64,000 nt of DNA from an uncultured virus (IMG/VR IMGVR_UViG_3300042446_001322). Lineage: Duplodnaviria; Heunggongvirae; Uroviricota; Caudoviricetes. Both the position numbers and the translations under genes were made by a program. The stretch lies in IMG/VR virus record IMGVR_UViG_3300042446_001322. One strand, 5' to 3'. Of the stretch, positions 38,373 to 47,500 are shown in pieces. The notes beneath the pieces are model-generated. The model was not told the DNA's origin. It saw nothing but the letters and a program-made list of their open reading frames with translations, and did no database searches. Every line of letters begins with the position of its first letter. Position 1 is the first letter of the stretch.

Positions 38373-39818
38373 ATGAAACCATTAAATTTTGATAATTCAC
38401 CATGTAGTCCAACTTCTTCAAATTGTGTAATTTGGGCAGGTCCGGATTTAAAGTGTATAAACTTATGTAGAGGAGATTCTATTACTGATGTAGTTGAAAA
38501 ACTTGCAACTGAGTTATGTGCAATTTTAGATACATTAAATATTAATTCTTATGATCTTGATTGTTTTAATTTAGTAAATTGTGCACCAAGTACTTTTACT
38601 GACTTGATTAATTTCTTAATACTTAAAGTATGTGAACTTGAAAATATTCCAGTTACTCCTGATGTACCTCCTTCAAATGGATGTCCTACAGATTGTATAG
38701 TATCAATAGCACCATGTTTTGTAAATGGTACTACAACTACAATGAATCTTACTGAGTATGTAATTGCTATTGGTGAAAAAATATGTGCAATTATTGATGT
38801 TAATGCATTACAAGATATAGCAATTGCTGATCTAGATGTAAGAGTAACTGATTTAGAAAATACATCACCTCCATCATATACTACACCTACTTTTACATTG
38901 GGTTGTACTATAGATACATTACCTAGTGGTAGTACACAAGCAATAGATCTTATATTACAAGTATTTATAAATGATATATGGTGTACTTATGTTAGTACAA
39001 CAGGTGATGCTGGATTATTAGCAACTGCAATTGCAAATCAAACTGTTGCATCTACTGATCTTTCAATAGCAAATCCTCTTGCACAGATGTCTGTACAATA
39101 TGCAGTATTATGGTCAACACAATTACCAACACCTACTGTTGCTGGTACAATTAATAATATTTGGGCATGTATTGAAGATTTAAGAAATGGAAAAACAACT
39201 CTTACTGCTTTAGATACTGCAACAATCAATATGACAGTAACAGGAGGGCCAGCTTATGTAGTTAGTGCAGATGTAATTCCTTCAGCTCCATCAGTTGCAG
39301 ATACAGCAACTGTAAACTTATCAGTTGGTGCAGGTCCAACATATACATTAACAGCTGATACAATAGTACCAGGTGCAATGTTTGCACAAATACAACCACC
39401 AAGTTTAACACTTGTTGTACCAGATTTAACAACTAGTTTAATTGATGGTACTACAATACTTTTAACAGAAATATATGATGATGATAATGCATATAATGCT
39501 TTAACAGGTTTGTGGACTTGTCCAGCAACAGGAATATATAATTTTAGTTTTTATGTACATTTATCAGAAGGACTTGTTGGTTTTACATCAGGTAGTATTG
39601 TAGCTGGTATTACAAGTAGTACAGGTTCAATATATCATGTAGCTTCTACATGTGGAATTACTAATCAATCATTATATGTTGATCTTAATGGAACTATGTT
39701 AGGATTAGAAATGAATATAGGTACTCAAGTATGTCTCAGAGTAGTTAATTTTTCTAATGTAAATTATACAACATCTAGTGGTGACATTGCAAAAATGACA
39801 ATACAAAAAGTTAAATAA
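38373..39818 (+). CDS. Fibre protein with C-terminal C1q/TNF-like domain
   Basis: SSNCVIWxGP N-terminus, coiled coil, YNALTGLWTCPATGIYNFSF C1q-like motif. Confidence 0.65.
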   Translation: MKPLNFDNSPCSPTSSNCVIWAGPDLKCINLCRGDSITDVVEKLATELCAILDTLNINSYDLDCFNLVNCAPSTFTDLINFLILKVCELENIPVTPDVPPSNGCPTDCIVSIAPCFVNGTTTTMNLTEYVIAIGEKICAIIDVNALQDIAIADLDVRVTDLENTSPPSYTTPTFTLGCTIDTLPSGSTQAIDLILQVFINDIWCTYVSTTGDAGLLATAIANQTVASTDLSIANPLAQMSVQYAVLWSTQLPTPTVAGTINNIWACIEDLRNGKTTLTALDTATINMTVTGGPAYVVSADVIPSAPSVADTATVNLSVGAGPTYTLTADTIVPGAMFAQIQPPSLTLVVPDLTTSLIDGTTILLTEIYDDDNAYNALTGLWTCPATGIYNFSFYVHLSEGLVGFTSGSIVAGITSSTGSIYHVASTCGITNQSLYVDLNGTMLGLEMNIGTQVCLRVVNFSNVNYTTSSGDIAKMTIQKVK

Positions 39819-39828
39819 ATAAAATACT

Positions 39829-42129
39829 ATGAATACATGTATAAAATGCGGATGTGATGATGCTTATCCTTCTTTACCTCCATGTCCAACTCCAATAGAT
39901 TGTCCTAATCCACAACCATGTGCAGAATTTTTTGATGCGCAATGTGTAAGATATACATTACCAGATATTATGTGTGGACTAAATATTGTTGTTGCACAAG
40001 ATTCTTCAATTGCTGAGGCATTAGAAAGTATTGTATTGTTTTTTTGTACAAATTTTTCAAATAGTGTACAATCAGTAACGGGTTTAAATACAGACAATAC
40101 TGATCCACTTAATCCTATAGTTAAAGTTTCTGTAGATGGAATTACAATTACAGGTTTGGGTACACCAGCAAGTCCACTTATTGCTGTAGCAGGAGGTGTT
40201 GATGGTTCAGGAACACTCAATTATCTAGCAAAATGGACACCAGACGGAAATACATTAGGTAATAGTTTAATAAGAGATGATGGAACAACTATTGGAATTG
40301 GAATAGCACCTTCTTCTAATGCACTTTTGTATGTTAGCAATGCCTCAAACAATGTAGCTGTTAGAATAGAACAATTATTAAATGCAACTACTACAACAAA
40401 TGGAGCTTATATTACTAACACTGGTATTAATACTGGAGAAAACAGAGGTTTAGAAATAAGTGTTAATAATTCAAGTTTAATAAATACTGGACTTTTAACG
40501 GTAGTTACAGCAAATGCTCCTGCAACTGGTGTTGGTGGCCAATTTATAGTAACAGGTACTTCATTAAGTAAATATGCTTTACGATTACAGGATGGAACTG
40601 AAGGGTCAGGTAAGTTTTTAAAATCAATTACAGCAAATGGAGAAGCAAACTGGGCTAACATTACAGCAGCAGATGTTTCTGGAGTTGTAGGTGGATCTGG
40701 TACAGTTGATTATCTTGCTCGTTGGACACCAAGTGGTACTCAATTAGGTATAGGATTAATACGAGATGATGGAACTACAGTAGGTATAAATACAGCACCT
40801 GTGAGTACAATTCAGCTACAAGTGCTTTCTTCTAAAACAAATGCGGTAGTAGGGATAACAAATAAAGCCACTGGAAATAATGTTGGTGTTTATGGAGAAG
40901 CCAACGGTGTTGGGGCTGGACAAAATAGTGGAGTCAGAGCTCTTGCTTCAGGAGGTACTGTTGTAAATATTGGTGTTTACGGAGAAGCAAATGGTGCATC
41001 AGTTTCTGGGTATGGTGGTTCTTTTTATGCAATTAATGCAACAAGCACTAATATAGGTGTTATAGCTAGTGCAGGTGGAGGAACAACTGCTATTGGAGGT
41101 CAATTTAGTACAAGTGGAGCTGGTTCAAATTATTCACTAAAACTTTTAGATGGTAGTGAAGGTGTTGGAAAAGTATTGACTTGTATGACTGCAACTGGAG
41201 AAGCTAATTGGGTAACTCCTAGTGGAGGAGGAGTTTCAGGTTCTGGTATAAATAATTATGTAGCACGTTGGACTCCAGATGGTGCAACTTTAGGAACTGG
41301 TTTAATTAGAGATGATAATACTAGTGTTGGAATTGGTGCATCTCCTACAGCAAACTATAGATTACGTATTGAGACATCTACACAATTATATGGTATGTAT
41401 GCTAAAACAAGTTTAGCAGGTACAGGTAATCAAGTTGGTGTAGCTGGTTTTTCAGATGGTTTAAGTACGGGAGGTCAAAATGCAGGTGTTGTAGGATTAG
41501 CGTCAGGAAATACAAATATAAATATAGGAGGTAGTTTTTCTGCGCTTTCAGCAACTGTAGGTACAAATATAGGTGTTTATGCGCAAGTCCAATTTGGTGC
41601 TAATAATTATGCTGCTCAGTTAAGAGATGGAACAGAAGTTGTTGGAAGAGTTTTAACATGTATGACTGCTACTGGAGAAGCTAATTGGGCTACATTACCT
41701 ACTATAGGGGGATTAACTTGGACTACCCTATCAGGAACTAACCCTTCAGCAACACTTGCAGCTAATAATGGATATCTTATTAAAAATACTACAGGTGCAT
41801 TTACATCTGTAACTCTTCCTTCATCAGGAGTAGTTGTAGGAGATATTATAAAAATCATTGCTACCGATGGTGGTGGTGGTTCTTTATCAACATGGAGAAT
41901 TTTAGAAGGTAGCGCAACAGATGTTATAATTTACTCTTTTTATGATATAACTACTGATTCTGAAATTACAGGTGTAAAAAATACTTCACCATTATTAACT
42001 TTTGATGATAATGTAGCAGGATCATATACAATGTTTAGAAATCAATCTTTAACATTAACTTGTGTGGAAGTTTTAGGAGCAGGGTATGCTTGGAATGTAG
42101 AATTAGCAAATGGTAAAATGATTAGTTAA
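39829..42129 (+). CDS. Long tail fibre with three internal repeats
   Basis: GSGxxxYxAxWTPxGxxLG...LIRDD and DGxE..G..L...TA.GEANW each occur three times. Confidence 0.7.
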   Translation: MNTCIKCGCDDAYPSLPPCPTPIDCPNPQPCAEFFDAQCVRYTLPDIMCGLNIVVAQDSSIAEALESIVLFFCTNFSNSVQSVTGLNTDNTDPLNPIVKVSVDGITITGLGTPASPLIAVAGGVDGSGTLNYLAKWTPDGNTLGNSLIRDDGTTIGIGIAPSSNALLYVSNASNNVAVRIEQLLNATTTTNGAYITNTGINTGENRGLEISVNNSSLINTGLLTVVTANAPATGVGGQFIVTGTSLSKYALRLQDGTEGSGKFLKSITANGEANWANITAADVSGVVGGSGTVDYLARWTPSGTQLGIGLIRDDGTTVGINTAPVSTIQLQVLSSKTNAVVGITNKATGNNVGVYGEANGVGAGQNSGVRALASGGTVVNIGVYGEANGASVSGYGGSFYAINATSTNIGVIASAGGGTTAIGGQFSTSGAGSNYSLKLLDGSEGVGKVLTCMTATGEANWVTPSGGGVSGSGINNYVARWTPDGATLGTGLIRDDNTSVGIGASPTANYRLRIETSTQLYGMYAKTSLAGTGNQVGVAGFSDGLSTGGQNAGVVGLASGNTNINIGGSFSALSATVGTNIGVYAQVQFGANNYAAQLRDGTEVVGRVLTCMTATGEANWATLPTIGGLTWTTLSGTNPSATLAANNGYLIKNTTGAFTSVTLPSSGVVVGDIIKIIATDGGGGSLSTWRILEGSATDVIIYSFYDITTDSEITGVKNTSPLLTFDDNVAGSYTMFRNQSLTLTCVEVLGAGYAWNVELANGKMIS

Positions 42130-42140
42130 TTTAAAAATAT

Positions 42141-42210
42141 GTCGCAGTTTGTTGGTTTCTGTGGCTAACAACGAGACCCCGGTATGTATTTTATTACCGG
42201 GGTTATTTTT
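42141..42210 (+). ncRNA. Structured 3'-UTR element / candidate antisense sRNA
   Basis: Stem gtcgcag/ctgtggc with loop tttgttggttt, complementary to AAACCAACA leaders; followed by a terminator. Confidence 0.45.
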
Positions 42211-42211
42211 T
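42176..42211 (+). terminator. Intrinsic terminator
   Basis: accccggta...taccggggt plus tatttttt. Confidence 0.8.
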
Positions 42212-42292
42212 ATATATGAGTTATATATATTATATTTGTTTAACTTGTAATTTTTATAAGTCTGAAAAATTTAGTATATTAATGTATAAGGT

Positions 42293-42883
42293 ATGGAAAG
42301 TAAAATATTTAAGGGACCAGATGTAAAAGGTAAAAGATTTAGACAAGATGTATATCATGTATTAAATAGACAATTCTATAAAGCATTTAAAGAAAAGTAT
42401 CCTAAATATAAGGATGTAAGTACTAAGGACCTATATAAAATATGTACAACATTCCATAACTTATTTTTTGAAACAGTAATTGAAACTAGGGATGGTGTAA
42501 AGTTACCAGAAAATTTAGGTAACATATTTATTGGTACATGTCAAACAAGTAAGTTTAGAAGAAACATTGATTTTGGCAAGTCAACAAAATATGGAGTAAT
42601 AGTAACAAATACAAATTGGGATACAGATGGCAAGCTTGCTAAAATCTTTTATACTAATAATGCTACTAAGTATACTTTTAGTAATAGAGAGTGTTGGGCT
42701 TTTGCAGGATGTAGAAACTTTAAAAGAAGTGTAGCTAAAACATATTCAGAAAATTGGCCTATGTATATACAGGTTGATCCAATGAAAAAAATACGTAAAA
42801 TGTTTACTAAGTCTAGGCAAAAGGATTACGTTAAAAGTATTGAAAAAGAAAAGTTAAAAACATATAATGAATTTGATATATGA
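42293..42883 (+). CDS. HU/IHF-like protein (crAss-like tail-region gene)
   Basis: Basic; DGVKLPENLGNIFI; synteny before the ring genes. Confidence 0.55.
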   Translation: MESKIFKGPDVKGKRFRQDVYHVLNRQFYKAFKEKYPKYKDVSTKDLYKICTTFHNLFFETVIETRDGVKLPENLGNIFIGTCQTSKFRRNIDFGKSTKYGVIVTNTNWDTDGKLAKIFYTNNATKYTFSNRECWAFAGCRNFKRSVAKTYSENWPMYIQVDPMKKIRKMFTKSRQKDYVKSIEKEKLKTYNEFDI

Positions 42884-43551
42884 CAACAATTGGTGAAGCA
42901 ATATCAAGAGTTAGGAATGCACTTAAAGCTGTAAAGGAGGATCCATTCTTAACTGATAGAACAATATATTTTGCAATATCAAAATATGGGAAATCTCTTT
43001 TAAAGAGAGAAGATAATCAGAATAGGTTAATGAAGATAAGCTCAATATTTTCTACTTTAACATTTGTTGAATTAATAGATGTAGATAAAGTAGAGGCAGG
43101 ATGCTTTGGTATTACTTCTGGTTGTTATATAAAAAGAACTAAAGAAAGACTACCTAAGTTTTTTGATGGACTTAATGGGCCACTTATACGTACTGTATCT
43201 TCATTAGATACATCAGTAGAATTATTCAGAACTGATCCAGGTACATATTCTTCTATGACTAAAGTAAATAGTTTCAGATATAATACTAGAAAATATTTCT
43301 GGTATTTAGATGGTTATTTATATATGCCTAATGTTCCATGGGAAGCAATTAAAGTAGAAGGTATGTTTGAAGATACTATTACAGGATTTACATGTGATAC
43401 ATCTCAAGAATGTAGATTCAGAAATGATGATCAATTAATGTTTCCAGATTACTTATTTGGTGAGATTGAACAATATGTATTAAAAGAATTAACTATGTCT
43501 ATTAATGTACCTGCAAATGGTCCTGATGATAGTCAAAACTCATTAAGATAA
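42880..43551 (+). CDS. Putative tail ring protein
   Basis: Synteny; YFWYLDGYLY...GMFED. Confidence 0.6.
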   Translation: MTTIGEAISRVRNALKAVKEDPFLTDRTIYFAISKYGKSLLKREDNQNRLMKISSIFSTLTFVELIDVDKVEAGCFGITSGCYIKRTKERLPKFFDGLNGPLIRTVSSLDTSVELFRTDPGTYSSMTKVNSFRYNTRKYFWYLDGYLYMPNVPWEAIKVEGMFEDTITGFTCDTSQECRFRNDDQLMFPDYLFGEIEQYVLKELTMSINVPANGPDDSQNSLR

Positions 43552-44567
43552 TGGACTTTAACTATACTCTCAAATTCCGTACATTTGACCAATTACTGGA
43601 AGATGTTACTATTGACTTAAATACATATGCTCTTGAAAATTTAATTGAGCCTCAACAACTAATTAAAGTTGCAAAAAGAGTAACATATGATTTAGGTCTT
43701 AGAATCAATATGACCAAAGAAGCTATATTAGAAGTAGAACATCATAAGATAAAATTACCTGATGATTTTTACACTATGAACTTTGGGTCAATATGTGGAT
43801 CATTTAGACAAAATGTAGGTTATCAATCTGGAGGTACTACTACTATGGAAGTACCTTATACTGAAGTACCAAGTACAATAGATATATGTGCCCCTCCTAC
43901 AGTTAATTGTAGCACTTGTAATGCTAATCCATGTAATCATACTGTTGCTTGTGCAAATAGTACATTTAATAATACTCCTATATTAGTTCCACAATATGAT
44001 CCTAATAATCCATTTGGTAATACTTGTGTAAGACCAAGAGTATTTTCTAATTGTAAAGGTGAAGCATTTGAATTAATTCAAGTATTACCTACTGGAGAAA
44101 CAAGAACATATGAATCACTTATTCCTTTGAGGTTTAGATCTTCAAGAGAAATAGAATGTGATTGCCCTAATCTTTATCTTAATGCACCTAATGAAGCATG
44201 GATTAAAGATGGTTTCTTACATACTACATTTGATTGTGGTAAAGTATATATTAATTATCAAGGAACACTAGAAGATGATAATGGTAACTTATTAGTTCCA
44301 GATCATGATGAGATTAATGAGTATTATGAATATGCTGTAAAGCAAAGAATATTTGAAAACTTATATCTTAATGGTGAAGATGTAGTACAGAAATTACAAC
44401 TCATAGAACAAAGATTAAAAGCTGCAAGAAATTATGCTTTATCAATTGTTAATACACCTAACTTTGCAGAGATGAAAGGATTATGGATGGCTAACAGAAG
44501 AGCACAATATTCTAAATACTATGACATGTTTAAAAGTTTTAACTATAACAGTATGCGGATATTATAA
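43551..44567 (+). CDS. Putative tail ring (tubular) protein
   Basis: KLPDDF, IKDGFLHTTFDCGKVYINY, DDNGNLLVPD. Confidence 0.65.
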   Translation: MDFNYTLKFRTFDQLLEDVTIDLNTYALENLIEPQQLIKVAKRVTYDLGLRINMTKEAILEVEHHKIKLPDDFYTMNFGSICGSFRQNVGYQSGGTTTMEVPYTEVPSTIDICAPPTVNCSTCNANPCNHTVACANSTFNNTPILVPQYDPNNPFGNTCVRPRVFSNCKGEAFELIQVLPTGETRTYESLIPLRFRSSREIECDCPNLYLNAPNEAWIKDGFLHTTFDCGKVYINYQGTLEDDNGNLLVPDHDEINEYYEYAVKQRIFENLYLNGEDVVQKLQLIEQRLKAARNYALSIVNTPNFAEMKGLWMANRRAQYSKYYDMFKSFNYNSMRIL

Positions 44568-44579
44568 TATTATTATGTT

Positions 44580-47500
44580 ATGGCAAAGAAAAATATACAA
44601 GATACAGGTCAAAATAAAACAAATACCTTTATAAAGGGATTAAATAAAGATTCAGATCCTACATTTGTAAGTGAGGGCATGTGGACTCATGCGCGTAATG
44701 CAGTTAACAATACATTAGAAGGTAATGTTGGTACATTATCAAATGAAACATCAAATGTATTTTGTGCAGAAGCAGGAGCAACTTTAGGTGGTAAAAAATA
44801 TATTATAGGTGCAATACATTTATATAGTGATAAATGGATTCTTTTTACTGTAGCACATCCATCATCAGGAGTTGGTGCAGCTACTGGACATGAAATAGGA
44901 TTATTTGAAGAAGATACCTGTAGATATAGAATTATTGTACAGGATACATGTTTAAATTTTGATAAACAATTTTTAATTACTGGTGCATCAAGAGAAAAAG
45001 AAGATTGCTCATGGTCTGTATATTTTGCTGATGGTAATAATCCTGATAGATATTTAAATGTTGGGGATGATGCTTTATGGCCATCTTCTGATTATATATG
45101 GATTGGTAATAATACATATGCAAATGGATCAGGTGTAAATATTCAATGGCCAGGAGTTCAATGGGATCAAGAATGTAAAGATGAAAACGGTATAGTAGTT
45201 CCAGCTCCAGGTGGTTATATTCCTGTAGGATGTATTATATGTAAAGATTTAACAACATTAAATTGTGAAGCCTTAAGACTTGCAAGATTAATGAATACTC
45301 CAACTATTCAAGTTGAACCAGGTGTTGGTGGAGGTGTATTAAGAAATGGATCATACTTTGCAACTCTTGCGTATACTATTAAAGGTCAAAGAGTTACAGA
45401 TTATTTTTCACCAAGTAATACTCAACCAATTTGGAATGTTAATGATGTACAAGGATCTATTGATATATTAATTACAGCTGACTCAACACATTTTGATGAA
45501 TTTGAATTAGTAGTAGTACAAATAATTAATCAAGGAGCAGTAGCAAAAAGAATAGGTTTATATTCTACAAATACTTCTGTAGTACATTTAGATCAGATTA
45601 AAGATGATTTAATAACTATTCCAATTGAATTTCTTCCTTTAAGAACTCCGGTGTATGAAACATCAGATCAAATTACTGAGGTTAATACATACTTATTAAG
45701 AATTGCACCAAGATCTAAATTTGATTTTAACTATCAACCTTTAGCTAATCAAATAAGATCACAATGGGTATCAGTAGAGTATCCAGCAGATTATTATGTA
45801 AAAGGAGGAAGTAATACAAGTTACTTAAGAGATGAAGTATATGCTTTCTTTATCAGATGGGTGTATAGTACTGGAGATAAATCTTCTTCATATCATATTC
45901 CTGGACGTGCTCCAACACAATACGGAGCAACCTTTGAAACAGATCCTGCAACAGGTATAGATGTTTTAGATACAACTGATAGAGTATTTGAAGTATATAA
46001 TACAGCAACTTTAGGTGGCTTGCCTCCTGTAACAACATTACCTGATGGAGGCATAATTAAAGCTCAAGGTAGAATGGGATACTGGGAATCAACAGAAAAA
46101 TATCCAGATAATAGAGATGATATATGGAATGCATCATCACAATGTTGGTCAGGTACAACTGATCCTCAATTTGATTTATGTGCCAAACCAATAAGACATC
46201 ATAAATTTCCTGATAACATTACTCAAGGTTCACTTTTAACTAATCATTATTCTCAAGGTGGTAATGGTATTAGATTAATGGGTGTAAACTTTACTAATAT
46301 ATTTTTACCAAAAGATAATGATGGTAATGATATACCAGGAATAGTAGGTTATGAAATACTAAGAGGATCTAGAGAAGGTAATAGAAGCATTATTGCTAAA
46401 GGTATGGTAAATAACATGCGCACCTATGACATTAAAGGTAACAGTGCTGGAAACAGAATTGGTTTATATCCTAATTATCCTTTTAATACTATTACACCAC
46501 TTTCAAGTTTATTAGGTGGAAATGTTTCAGGTGTTAATGATCCATATATTAGATTGACAAATAGCAATGATCAAATTGTAGATCAAATAATACCAACTAA
46601 TTTAATGACTTTTCATTCACCAGATACTAATTTTAGAAATCCTTATTTATCTGTTACTGAATTAAAAATATATGGTAGTTTAAGAGGTACTTCAATACAG
46701 TATTTTCAAGAACCCAATAATCATCCAAAATTTAAACTGTTAGCTGATATAGCAGTAGCTGCAGGGATATTAGCCGGTGTTATTGAAGTTGCATTACAAC
46801 AAGGAGGTAAATGGACAATTAATGAAAATACAAGTACTCCAGGTACTGGTGCTGGAGATATTGTTGGAGCTGTATCACGTACAGCTGGAGGTATTTTTCA
46901 ACCAATAAAAAGTGCTTATGATGCTACAGTTTCAGCTTATTTGACATCAGGTGGATTTTTACTTGATTCAGTTAATCCAATTGGTGATCCAATTTATCAA
47001 CTTTTTAATATCCCATATCAAGCTGCTGCTGGAGTTGCTGCTGCTGCTGGAGCAATTAGTATTAATGGTAAAAGTTATACAAAAGATATACCTAAATATA
47101 AATACGCAGGTCCTTTTGGTATTGCTAATTTTATTCAACAATCATTTTTCTATTTTTCAGAAGGAGCAAATACAACAATTAGATTAATATATGCATTAAT
47201 ACCATATAGACAATATGCATTACAAGCTATTGCAGAAGGTTATTATAGTAGTTTTGCTGCACCAATTGCAGGTAATAGACAAAGATTTAATATTGAGGAT
47301 AGTTTATATTTAAAAAATAATATTCAAAGTATTAAACCTTTTAGTGGGATTAGTTATATAATTAATAATCTTCAAAGACAGACAACTGTTACTTTAAGAA
47401 CTACTAATAACTTAAATCAAAATTTTGGACCTGATTTTATTACAGATCCTTCTTCTCCTACAGGATTAGCTGATACTTCACTTGTAACATTAGGTACTGC

